From assembly GCA_040954595.2 (NCBI GenBank), contig JBECUI020000061.1, positions 1 through 46,638 on the forward strand: a DNA stretch of 46,638 nt, read 5' to 3'. The stretch comes from Balanoglossus misakiensis (Eukaryota > Animalia > Hemichordata). This document shows, one piece after another, positions 11,001 to 24,320 of the stretch. Below the pieces are notes generated by a model. It did not search any database. It was given only the letters and a program-made list of their open reading frames with translations, and was not told where the DNA came from. Made by a program: the position numbers and the translations under genes. Positions within the stretch are counted from its first letter, which is position 1; each line of letters starts with the position of its first letter.

Positions 11001-14000
11001 CTTTAACCCTGTTTCAAATTAGAGTACTTTCTGCAATTTCAAGACAGATCTTACGTGCCATTGGAGAGCTCCATTGACTGGTCATTCATACTGTTTTCAT
11101 TCATTCATTGCGGCATCAATATATTTTATCTATTCTAGCCAAAGAGCTTGGCACCTGTTGAAATGAACTCATCTGCTGTGGGCCAGTTTATTGGTGGCAG
11201 TTGAGCTGAGGAGAGCACCTTCTTTCCCGGCACGCCACCAAGTAAAGTTCCACGCCGCCCACCACAGATGCCAGCATTCATTCATGCGAGTGAGTGTAAT
11301 TGCAAATTTGCCTATTCTAGAATCTTACGTGCCATTGGAGAGCTCCATTGACTGGTCATTCATACTGTTTTCATTCATTCATTGCGGCATCAATATATTT
11401 TATCTATTCTAGCCAAAGAGCTTGGCACCTGTTGAAATGAACTCATCTGCTGTGGGCCAGTTTATTGGTGGCAGTTGAGCTGAGGAGAGCACCTTCTTTC
11501 CCGGCACGCCACCAAGTAAAGTTCCACGCCGCCCACCACAGATGCCAGCATTCATTCATGCGAGTGAGTGTAATTGCAAATTTGCCTATTTACGTGCCAT
11601 TGGAGAGCTCCATTGACTGGTCATTCATACTGTTTTCATTCATTCATTGCGGCATCAATATATTTTATCTATTCTAGCCAAAGAGCTTGGCACCTGTTGA
11701 AATGAACTCATCTGCTGTGGGCCAGTTTATTGGTGGCAGTTGAGCTGAGGAGAGCACCTTCCTTCCCGGCACGCCACCAAGTAAAGTTCCACGCCGCCCA
11801 CCACAGATGCCAGCATTCATTCATGCGAGTGAGTGTAATTGCAAATTTGCCTATTCTAGAATCTTACGTGCCATTGGAGAGCTCCATTGACTGGTCATTC
11901 ATACTGTTTTCATTCATTCATTGCGGCATCAATATATTTTATCTATTCTAGCCGAAGAGCTTGGCACCTGTTGAAATGAACTCATCTGCTGTGGGCCAGT
12001 TTATTGGTGGCAGTTGAGCTGAGGAGAGCACCTTCCTTCCCGGCACGCCACCAAGTAAAGTTCCACGCCGCCCACCACAGATGCCAGCATTCATTCATGC
12101 GAGTGAGTGTAATTGCAAATTTGCCTATTCTAGATCTGTAATGGAAATGGAGAAAGTACCTTATATTTTCTGTAAAATAGACATTTAATTGGCAAGCCGT
12201 CCTGCATCAATTATTAATTGTGTACATGCACTAAAGCGCCCTCACTGCTGGGTGTGTTGTATGGTCTTTAACCCTGTTTCAAATTAGAGTACTTTCTGCA
12301 ATTTCAAGACAGATCTTACGTGCCATTGGAGAGCTCCATTGACTGGTCATTCATACTGTTTTCATTCATTCATTGCGGCATCAATATATTTTATCTATTC
12401 TAGCCAAAGAGCTTGGCACCTGTTGAAATGAACTCATCTGCTGTGGGCCAGTTTATTGGTGGCAGTTGAGCTGAGGAGAGCACCTTCCTTCCCGGCACGC
12501 CACCAAGTAAAGTTCCACGCCGCCCACCACAGATGCCAGCATTCATTCATGCGAGTGAGTGTAATTGCAAATTTGCCTATTCTAGATCTGTAATGGAAAT
12601 GGAGAAAGTACCTTATATTTTCTGTAAAATAGACATTTAATTGGCAAGCCGTCCTGCATCAATTATTAATTGTGTACATGCACTAAAGCGCCCTCACTGC
12701 TGGGTGTGTTGTATGGTCTTTAACCCTGTTTCAAATTAGAGTACTTTCTGCAATTTCAAGACAGATCTTACGTGCCATTGGAGAGCTCCATTGACTGGTC
12801 ATTCATACTGTTTTCATTCATTCATTGCGGCATCAATATATTTTATCTATTCTAGCCAAAGAGCTTGGCACCTGTTGAAATGAACTCATCTGCTGTGGGC
12901 CAGTTTATTGGTGGCAGTTGAGCTGAGGAGAGCACCTTCTTTCCCGGCACGCCACCAAGTAAAGTTCCACGCCGCCCACCACAGATGCCAGCATTCATTC
13001 ATGCGAGTGAGTGTAATTGCAAATTTGCCTATTCTAGATCTGTAATGGAAATGGAGAAAGTACCTTATATTTTCTGTAAAATAGACATTTAATTGGCAAG
13101 CCGTCCTGCATCAATTATTAATTGTGTACATGCACTAAAGCGCCCTCACTGCTGGGTGTGTTGTATGGTCTTTAACCCTGTTTCAAATTAGAGTACTTTC
13201 TGCAATTTCAAGACAGATCTTACGTGCCATTGGAGAGCTCCATTGACTGGTCATTCATACTGTTTTCATTCATTCATTGCGGCATCAATATATTTTATCT
13301 ATTCTAGCCAAAGAGCTTGGCACCTGTTGAAATGAACTCATCTGCTGTGGGCCAGTTTATTGGTGGCAGTTGAGCTGAGGAGAGCACCTTCCTTCCCGGC
13401 ACGCCACCAAGTAAAGTTCCACGCCGCCCACCACAGATGCCAGCATTCATTCATGCGAGTGAGTGTAATTGCAAATTTGCCTATTCTAGATCTGTAATGG
13501 AAATGGAGAAAGTACCTTATATTTTCTGTAAAATAGACATTTAATTGGCAAGCCGTCCTGCATCAATTATTAATTGTGTACATGCACTAAAGCGCCCTCA
13601 CTGCTGGGTGTGTTGTATGGTCTTTAACCCTGTTTCAAATTAGAGTACTTTCTGCAATTTCAAGACAGATCTTACGTGCCATTGGAGAGCTCCATTGACT
13701 GGTCATTCATACTGTTTTCATTCATTCATTGCGGCATCAATATATTTTATCTATTCTAGCCAAAGAGCTTGGCACCTGTTGAAATGAACTCATCTGCTGT
13801 GGGCCAGTTTATTGGTGGCAGTTGAGCTGAGGAGAGCACCTTCCTTCCCGGCACGCCACCAAGTAAAGTTCCACGCCGCCCACCACAGATGCCAGCATTC
13901 ATTCATGCGAGTGAGTGTAATTGCAAATTTGCCTATTCTAGAATTCTTACGTGCCATTGGAGAGCTCCATTGACTGGTCATTCATACTGTTTTCATTCAT

Positions 14001-17000
14001 TCATTGCGGCATCAATATATTTTATCTATTCTAGCCAAAGAGCTTGGCACCTGTTGAAATGAACTCATCTGCTGTGGGCCAGTTTATTGGTGGCAGTTGA
14101 GCTGAGGAGAGCACCTTCCTTCCCGGCACGCCACCAAGTAAAGTTCCACGCCGCCCACCACAGATGCCAGCATTCATTCATGCGAGTGAGTGTAATTGCA
14201 AATTTGCCTATTCTAGATCTGTAATGGAAATGGAGAAAGTACCTTATATTTTCTGTAAAATAGACATTTAATTGGCAAGCCGTCCTGCATCAATTATTAA
14301 TTGTGTACATGCACTAAAGCGCCCTCACTGCTGGGTGTGTTGTATGGTCTTTAACCCTGTTTCAAATTAGAGTACTTTCTGCAATTTCAAGACAGATCTT
14401 ACGTGCCATTGGAGAGCTCCATTGACTGGTCATTCATACTGTTTTCATTCATTCATTGCGGCATCAATATATTTTATCTATTCTAGCCAAAGAGCTTGGC
14501 ACCTGTTGAAATGAACTCATCTGCTGTGGGCCAGTTTATTGGTGGCAGTTGAGCTGAGGAGAGCACCTTCTTTCCCGGCACGCCACCAAGTAAAGTTCCA
14601 CGCCGCCCACCACAGATGCCAGCATTCATTCATGCGAGTGAGTGTAATTGCAAATTTGCCTATTCTAGAATCTTACGTGCCATTGGAGAGCTCCATTGAC
14701 TGGTCATTCATACTGTTTTCATTCATTCATTGCGGCATCAATATATTTTATCTATTCTAGCCAAAGAGCTTGGCACCTGTTGAAATGAACTCATCTGCTG
14801 TGGGCCAGTTTATTGGTGGCAGTTGAGCTGAGGAGAGCACCTTCTTTCCCGGCACGCCACCAAGTAAAGTTCCACGCCGCCCACCACAGATGCCAGCATT
14901 CATTCATGCGAGTGAGTGTAATTGCAAATTTGCCTATTTACGTGCCATTGGAGAGCTCCATTGACTGGTCATTCATACTGTTTTCATTCATTCATTGCGG
15001 CATCAATATATTTTATCTATTCTAGCCAAAGAGCTTGGCACCTGTTGAAATGAACTCATCTGCTGTGGGCCAGTTTATTGGTGGCAGTTGAGCTGAGGAG
15101 AGCACCTTCCTTCCCGGCACGCCACCAAGTAAAGTTCCACGCCGCCCACCACAGATGCCAGCATTCATTCATGCGAGTGAGTGTAATTGCAAATTTGCCT
15201 ATTCTAGATCTGTAATGGAAATGGAGAAAGTACCTTATATTTTCTGTAAAATAGACATTTAATTGGCAAGCCGTCCTGCATCAATTATTAATTGTGTACA
15301 TGCACTAAAGCGCCCTCACTGCTGGGTGTGTTGTATGGTCTTTAACCCTGTTTCAAATTAGAGTACTTTCTGCAATTTCAAGACAGATCTTACGTGCCAT
15401 TGGAGAGCTCCATTGACTGGTCATTCATACTGTTTTCATTCATTCATTGCGGCATCAATATATTTTATCTATTCTAGCCAAAGAGCTTGGCACCTGTTGA
15501 AATGAACTCATCTGCTGTGGGCCAGTTTATTGGTGGCAGTTGAGCTGAGGAGAGCACCTTCTTTCCCGGCACGCCACCAAGTAAAGTTCCACGCCGCCCA
15601 CCACAGATGCCAGCATTCATTCATGCGAGTGAGTGTAATTGCAAATTTGCCTATTCTAGAATCTTACGTGCCATTGGAGAGCTCCATTGACTGGTCATTC
15701 ATACTGTTTTCATTTATTCATTGCGGCATCAATATATTTTATCTATTCTAGCCAAAGAGCTTGGCACCTGTTGAAATGAACTCATCTGCTGTGGGCCAGT
15801 TTATTGGTGGCAGTTGAGCTGAGGAGAGCACCTTCTTTCCCGGCACGCCACCAAGTAAAGTTCCACGCCGCCCACCACAGATGCCAGCATTCATTCATGC
15901 GAGTGAGTGTAATTGCAAATTTGCCTATTCTAGAATCTTACGTGCCATTGGAGAGCTCCATTGACTGGTCATTCATACTGTTTTCATTCATTCATTGCAG
16001 CATCAATATATTTTATCTATTCTAGCCAAAGAGCTTGGCACCTGTTGAAATGAACTCATCTGCTGTGGGCCAGTTTATTGGTGGCAGTTGAGCTGAGGAG
16101 AGCACCTTCCTTCCCGGCACGCCACCAAGTAAAGTTCCACGCCGCCCACCACAGATGCCAGCATTCATTCATGCGAGTGAGTGTAATTGCAAATTTGCCT
16201 ATTCTAGAATCTTACGTGCCATTGGAGAGCTCCATTGACTGGTCATTCATACTGTTTTCATTCATTCATTGCGGCATCAATATATTTTATCTATTCTAGC
16301 CAAAGAGCTTGGCACCTGTTGAAATGAACTCATCTGCTGTGGGCCAGTTTATTGGTGGCAGTTGAGCTGAGGAGAGCACCTTCCTTCCCGGCACGCCACC
16401 AAGTAAAGTTCCACGCCGCCCACCACAGATGCCAGCATTCATTCATGCGAGTGAGTGTAATTGCAAATTTGCCTATTCTAGAATCTTACGTGCCATTGGA
16501 GAGCTCCATTGACTGGTCATTCATACTGTTTTCATTCATTCATTGCGGCATCAATATATTTTATCTATTCTAGCCGAAGAGCTTGGCACCTGTTGAAATG
16601 AACTCATCTGCTGTGGGCCAGTTTATTGGTGGCAGTTGAGCTGAGGAGAGCACCTTCCTTCCCGGCACGCCACCAAGTAAAGTTCCACGCCGCCCACCAC
16701 AGATGCCAGCATTCATTCATGCGAGTGAGTGTAATTGCAAATTTGCCTATTCTAGATCTGTAATGGAAATGGAGAAAGTACCTTATATTTTCTGTAAAAT
16801 AGACATTTAATTGGCAAGCCGTCCTGCATCAATTATTAATTGTGTACATGCACTAAAGCGCCCTCACTGCTGGGTGTGTTGTATGGTCTTTAACCCTGTT
16901 TCAAATTAGAGTACTTTCTGCAATTTCAAGACAGATCTTACGTGCCATTGGAGAGCTCCATTGACTGGTCATTCATACTGTTTTCATTCATTCATTGCGG

Positions 17001-17077
17001 CATCAATATATTTTATCTATTCTAGCCAAAGAGCTTGGCACCTGTTGAAATGAACTCATCTGCTGTGGGCCAGTTTA

Positions 17078-20000
17078 TTGGTGGCAGTTGAGCTGAGGAG
17101 AGCACCTTCCTTCCCGGCACGCCACCAAGTAAAGTTCCACGCCGCCCACCACAGATGCCAGCATTCATTCATGCGAGTGAGTGTAATTGCAAATTTGCCT
17201 ATTCTAGATTCTTACGTGCCATTGGAGAGCTCCATTGACTGGTCATTCATACTGTTTTCATTCATTCATTGCGGCATCAATATATTTTATCTATTCTAGC
17301 CAAAGAGCTTGGCACCTGTTGAAATGAACTCATCTGCTGTGGGCCAGTTTATTGGTGGCAGTTGAGCTGAGGAGAGCACCTTCCTTCCCGGCACGCCACC
17401 AAGTAAAGTTCCACGCCGCCCACCACAGATGCCAGCATTCATTCATGCGAGTGAGTGTAATTGCAAATTTGCCTATTCTAGAATCTTACGTGCCATTGGA
17501 GAGCTCCATTGACTGGTCATTCATACTGTTTTCATTCATTCATTGCGGCATCAATATATTTTATCTATTCTAGCCAAAGAGCTTGGCACCTGTTGAAATG
17601 AACTCATCTGCTGTGGGCCAGTTTATTGGTGGCAGTTGAGCTGAGGAGAGCACCTTCCTTCCCGGCACGCCACCAAGTAAAGTTCCACGCCGCCCACCAC
17701 AGATGCCAGCATTCATTCATGCGAGTGAGTGTAATTGCAAATTTGCCTATTCTAGATCTGTAATGGAAATGGAGAAAGTACCTTATATTTTCTGTAAAAT
17801 AGACATTTAATTGGCAAGCCGTCCTGCATCAATTATTAATTGTGTACATGCACTAAAGCGCCCTCACTGCTGGGTGTGTTGTATGGTCTTTAACCCTGTT
17901 TCAAATTAGAGTACTTTCTGCAATTTCAAGACAGATCTTACGTGCCATTGGAGAGCTCCATTGACTGGTCATTCATACTGTTTTCATTCATTCATTGCGG
18001 CATCAATATATTTTATCTATTCTAGCCAAAGAGCTTGGCACCTGTTGAAATGAACTCATCTGCTGTGGGCCAGTTTATTGGTGGCAGTTGAGCTGAGGAG
18101 AGCACCTTCCTTCCCGGCACGCCACCAAGTAAAGTTCCACGCCGCCCACCACAGATGCCAGCATTCATTCATGCGAGTGAGTGTAATTGCAAATTTGCCT
18201 ATTCTAGATCTGTAATGGAAATGGAGAAAGTACCTTATATTTTCTGTAAAATAGACATTTAATTGGCAAGCCGTCCTGCATCAATTATTAATTGTGTACA
18301 TGCACTAAAGCGCCCTCACTGCTGGGTGTGTTGTATGGTCTTTAACCCTGTTTCAAATTAGAGTACTTTCTGCAATTTCAAGACAGATCTTACGTGCCAT
18401 TGGAGAGCTCCATTGACTGGTCATTCATACTGTTTTCATTCATTCATTGCGGCATCAATATATTTTATCTATTCTAGCCAAAGAGCTTGGCACCTGTTGA
18501 AATGAACTCATCTGCTGTGGGCCAGTTTATTGGTGGCAGTTGAGCTGAGGAGAGCACCTTCCTTCCCGGCACGCCACCAAGTAAAGTTCCACGCCGCCCA
18601 CCACAGATGCCAGCATTCATTCATGCGAGTGAGTGTAATTGCAAATTTGCCTATTCTAGATCTGTAATGGAAATGGAGAAAGTACCTTATATTTTCTGTA
18701 AAATAGACATTTAATTGGCAAGCCGTCCTGCATCAATTATTAATTGTGTACATGCACTAAAGCGCCCTCACTGCTGGGTGTGTTGTATGGTCTTTAACCC
18801 TGTTTCAAATTAGAGTACTTTCTGCAATTTCAAGACAGATCTTACGTGCCATTGGAGAGCTCCATTGACTGGTCATTCATACTGTTTTCATTCATTCATT
18901 GCGGCATCAATATATTTTATCTATTCTAGCCAAAGAGCTTGGCACCTGTTGAAATGAACTCATCTGCTGTGGGCCAGTTTATTGGTGGCAGTTGAGCTGA
19001 GGAGAGCACCTTCCTTCCCGGCACGCCACCAAGTAAAGTTCCACGCCGCCCACCACAGATGCCAGCATTCATTCATGCGAGTGAGTGTAATTGCAAATTT
19101 GCCTATTCTAGATCTGTAATGGAAATGGAGAAAGTACCTTATATTTTCTGTAAAATAGACATTTAATTGGCAAGCCGTCCTGCATCAATTATTAATTGTG
19201 TACATGCACTAAAGCGCCCTCACTGCTGGGTGTGTTGTATGGTCTTTAACCCTGTTTCAAATTAGAGTACTTTCTGCAATTTCAAGACAGATCTTACGTG
19301 CCATTGGAGAGCTCCATTGACTGGTCATTCATACTGTTTTCATTCATTCATTGCGGCATCAATATATTTTATCTATTCTAGCCAAAGAGCTTGGCACCTG
19401 TTGAAATGAACTCATCTGCTGTGGGCCAGTTTATTGGTGGCAGTTGAGCTGAGGAGAGCACCTTCCTTCCCGGCACGCCACCAAGTAAAGTTCCACGCCG
19501 CCCACCACAGATGCCAGCATTCATTCATGCGAGTGAGTGTAATTGCAAATTTGCCTATTCTAGATCTGTAATGGAAATGGAGAAAGTACCTTATATTTTC
19601 TGTAAAATAGACATTTAATTGGCAAGCCGTCCTGCATCAATTATTAATTGTGTACATGCACTAAAGCGCCCTCACTGCTGGGTGTGTTGTATGGTCTTTA
19701 ACCCTGTTTCAAATTAGAGTACTTTCTGCAATTTCAAGACAGATCTTACGTGCCATTGGAGAGCTCCATTGACTGGTCATTCATACTGTTTTCATTCATT
19801 CATTGCGGCATCAATATATTTTATCTATTCTAGCCAAAGAGCTTGGCACCTGTTGAAATGAACTCATCTGCTGTGGGCCAGTTTATTGGTGGCAGTTGAG
19901 CTGAGGAGAGCACCTTCCTTCCCGGCACGCCACCAAGTAAAGTTCCACGCCGCCCACCACAGATGCCAGCATTCATTCATGCGAGTGAGTGTAATTGCAA

Positions 20001-23000
20001 ATTTGCCTATTCTAGATCTGTAATGGAAATGGAGAAAGTACCTTATATTTTCTGTAAAATAGACATTTAATTGGCAAGCCGTCCTGCATCAATTATTAAT
20101 TGTGTACATGCACTAAAGCGCCCTCACTGCTGGGTGTGTTGTATGGTCTTTAACCCTGTTTCAAATTAGAGTACTTTCTGCAATTTCAAGACAGATCTTA
20201 CGTGCCATTGGAGAGCTCCATTGACTGGTCATTCATACTGTTTTCATTCATTCATTGCGGCATCAATATATTTTATCTATTCTAGCCAAAGAGCTTGGCA
20301 CCTGTTGAAATGAACTCATCTGCTGTGGGCCAGTTTATTGGTGGCAGTTGAGCTGAGGAGAGCACCTTCTTTCCCGGCACGCCACCAAGTAAAGTTCCAC
20401 GCCGCCCACCACAGATGCCAGCATTCATTCATGCGAGTGAGTGTAATTGCAAATTTGCCTATTTACGTGCCATTGGAGAGCTCCATTGACTGGTCATTCA
20501 TACTGTTTTCATTCATTCATTGCGGCATCAATATATTTTATCTATTCTAGCCAAAGAGCTTGGCACCTGTTGAAATGAACTCATCTGCTGTGGGCCAGTT
20601 TATTGGTGGCAGTTGAGCTGAGGAGAGCACCTTCCTTCCCGGCACGCCACCAAGTAAAGTTCCACGCCGCCCACCACAGATGCCAGCATTCATTCATGCG
20701 AGTGAGTGTAATTGCAAATTTGCCTATTCTAGATCTGTAATGGAAATGGAGAAAGTACCTTATATTTTCTGTAAAATAGACATTTAATTGGCAAGCCGTC
20801 CTGCATCAATTATTAATTGTGTACATGCACTAAAGCGCCCTCACTGCTGGGTGTGTTGTATGGTCTTTAACCCTGTTTCAAATTAGAGTACTTTCTGCAA
20901 TTTCAAGACAGATCTTACGTGCCATTGGAGAGCTCCATTGACTGGTCATTCATACTGTTTTCATTCATTCATTGCGGCATCAATATATTTTATCTATTCT
21001 AGCCAAAGAGCTTGGCACCTGTTGAAATGAACTCATCTGCTGTGGGCCAGTTTATTGGTGGCAGTTGAGCTGAGGAGAGCACCTTCCTTCCCGGCACGCC
21101 ACCAAGTAAAGTTCCACGCCGCCCACCACAGATGCCAGCATTCATTCATGCGAGTGAGTGTAATTGCAAATTTGCCTATTCTAGAATTCTTACGTGCCAT
21201 TGGAGAGCTCCATTGACTGGTCATTCATACTGTTTTCATTCATTCATTGCGGCATCAATATATTTTATCTATTCTAGCCAAAGAGCTTGGCACCTGTTGA
21301 AATGAACTCATCTGCTGTGGGCCAGTTTATTGGTGGCAGTTGAGCTGAGGAGAGCACCTTCCTTCCCGGCACGCCACCAAGTAAAGTTCCACGCCGCCCA
21401 CCACAGATGCCAGCATTCATTCATGCGAGTGAGTGTAATTGCAAATTTGCCTATTCTAGATCTGTAATGGAAATGGAGAAAGTACCTTATATTTTCTGTA
21501 AAATAGACATTTAATTGGCAAGCCGTCCTGCATCAATTATTAATTGTGTACATGCACTAAAGCGCCCTCACTGCTGGGTGTGTTGTATGGTCTTTAACCC
21601 TGTTTCAAATTAGAGTACTTTCTGCAATTTCAAGACAGATCTTACGTGCCATTGGAGAGCTCCATTGACTGGTCATTCATACTGTTTTCATTCATTCATT
21701 GCGGCATCAATATATTTTATCTATTCTAGCCAAAGAGCTTGGCACCTGTTGAAATGAACTCATCTGCTGTGGGCCAGTTTATTGGTGGCAGTTGAGCTGA
21801 GGAGAGCACCTTCTTTCCCGGCACGCCACCAAGTAAAGTTCCACGCCGCCCACCACAGATGCCAGCATTCATTCATGCGAGTGAGTGTAATTGCAAATTT
21901 GCCTATTCTAGAATCTTACGTGCCATTGGAGAGCTCCATTGACTGGTCATTCATACTGTTTTCATTCATTCATTGCGGCATCAATATATTTTATCTATTC
22001 TAGCCAAAGAGCTTGGCACCTGTTGAAATGAACTCATCTGCTGTGGGCCAGTTTATTGGTGGCAGTTGAGCTGAGGAGAGCACCTTCTTTCCCGGCACGC
22101 CACCAAGTAAAGTTCCACGCCGCCCACCACAGATGCCAGCATTCATTCATGCGAGTGAGTGTAATTGCAAATTTGCCTATTTACGTGCCATTGGAGAGCT
22201 CCATTGACTGGTCATTCATACTGTTTTCATTCATTCATTGCGGCATCAATATATTTTATCTATTCTAGCCAAAGAGCTTGGCACCTGTTGAAATGAACTC
22301 ATCTGCTGTGGGCCAGTTTATTGGTGGCAGTTGAGCTGAGGAGAGCACCTTCCTTCCCGGCACGCCACCAAGTAAAGTTCCACGCCGCCCACCACAGATG
22401 CCAGCATTCATTCATGCGAGTGAGTGTAATTGCAAATTTGCCTATTCTAGATCTGTAATGGAAATGGAGAAAGTACCTTATATTTTCTGTAAAATAGACA
22501 TTTAATTGGCAAGCCGTCCTGCATCAATTATTAATTGTGTACATGCACTAAAGCGCCCTCACTGCTGGGTGTGTTGTATGGTCTTTAACCCTGTTTCAAA
22601 TTAGAGTACTTTCTGCAATTTCAAGACAGATCTTACGTGCCATTGGAGAGCTCCATTGACTGGTCATTCATACTGTTTTCATTCATTCATTGCGGCATCA
22701 ATATATTTTATCTATTCTAGCCAAAGAGCTTGGCACCTGTTGAAATGAACTCATCTGCTGTGGGCCAGTTTATTGGTGGCAGTTGAGCTGAGGAGAGCAC
22801 CTTCTTTCCCGGCACGCCACCAAGTAAAGTTCCACGCCGCCCACCACAGATGCCAGCATTCATTCATGCGAGTGAGTGTAATTGCAAATTTGCCTATTCT
22901 AGAATCTTACGTGCCATTGGAGAGCTCCATTGACTGGTCATTCATACTGTTTTCATTCATTCATTGCGGCATCAATATATTTTATCTATTCTAGCCAAAG

Positions 23001-24320
23001 AGCTTGGCACCTGTTGAAATGAACTCATCTGCTGTGGGCCAGTTTATTGGTGGCAGTTGAGCTGAGGAGAGCACCTTCTTTCCCGGCACGCCACCAAGTA
23101 AAGTTCCACGCCGCCCACCACAGATGCCAGCATTCATTCATGCGAGTGAGTGTAATTGCAAATTTGCCTATTCTAGAATCTTACGTGCCATTGGAGAGCT
23201 CCATTGACTGGTCATTCATACTGTTTTCATTCATTCATTGCGGCATCAATATATTTTATCTATTCTAGCCAAAGAGCTTGGCACCTGTTGAAATGAACTC
23301 ATCTGCTGTGGGCCAGTTTATTGGTGGCAGTTGAGCTGAGGAGAGCACCTTCCTTCCCGGCACGCCACCAAGTAAAGTTCCACGCCGCCCACCACAGATG
23401 CCAGCATTCATTCATGCGAGTGAGTGTAATTGCAAATTTGCCTATTCTAGAATCTTACGTGCCATTGGAGAGCTCCATTGACTGGTCATTCATACTGTTT
23501 TCATTCATTCATTGCGGCATCAATATATTTTATCTATTCTAGCCAAAGAGCTTGGCACCTGTTGAAATGAACTCATCTGCTGTGGGCCAGTTTATTGGTG
23601 GCAGTTGAGCTGAGGAGAGCACCTTCCTTCCCGGCACGCCACCAAGTAAAGTTCCACGCCGCCCACCACAGATGCCAGCATTCATTCATGCGAGTGAGTG
23701 TAATTGCAAATTTGCCTATTCTAGAATCTTACGTGCCATTGGAGAGCTCCATTGACTGGTCATTCATACTGTTTTCATTCATTCATTGCGGCATCAATAT
23801 ATTTTATCTATTCTAGCCGAAGAGCTTGGCACCTGTTGAAATGAACTCATCTGCTGTGGGCCAGTTTATTGGTGGCAGTTGAGCTGAGGAGAGCACCTTC
23901 CTTCCCGGCACGCCACCAAGTAAAGTTCCACGCCGCCCACCACAGATGCCAGCATTCATTCATGCGAGTGAGTGTAATTGCAAATTTGCCTATTCTAGAT
24001 CTGTAATGGAAATGGAGAAAGTACCTTATATTTTCTGTAAAATAGACATTTAATTGGCAAGCCGTCCTGCATCAATTATTAATTGTGTACATGCACTAAA
24101 GCGCCCTCACTGCTGGGTGTGTTGTATGGTCTTTAACCCTGTTTCAAATTAGAGTACTTTCTGCAATTTCAAGACAGATCTTACGTGCCATTGGAGAGCT
24201 CCATTGACTGGTCATTCATACTGTTTTCATTCATTCATTGCGGCATCAATATATTTTATCTATTCTAGCCAAAGAGCTTGGCACCTGTTGAAATGAACTC
24301 ATCTGCTGTGGGCCAGTTTA
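17078..24320 (+). repeat. Higher-order repeat, full 7,243-bp copy 2
   Basis: Unit order identical to 3948-11190. Confidence 0.95.

Larger units (their letters stand above)
3948..11190 (+). repeat. Higher-order repeat, 20 units, 7,243 bp (D E L6 X L Y L E X L E4 L), copy 1
   Basis: The same order recurs at 17078-24320 and 29491-36733, partially at 36734-40774, and in rearranged form at 11191-17077 (5,887 bp) and 24321-29490 (5,170 bp). Confidence 0.95.
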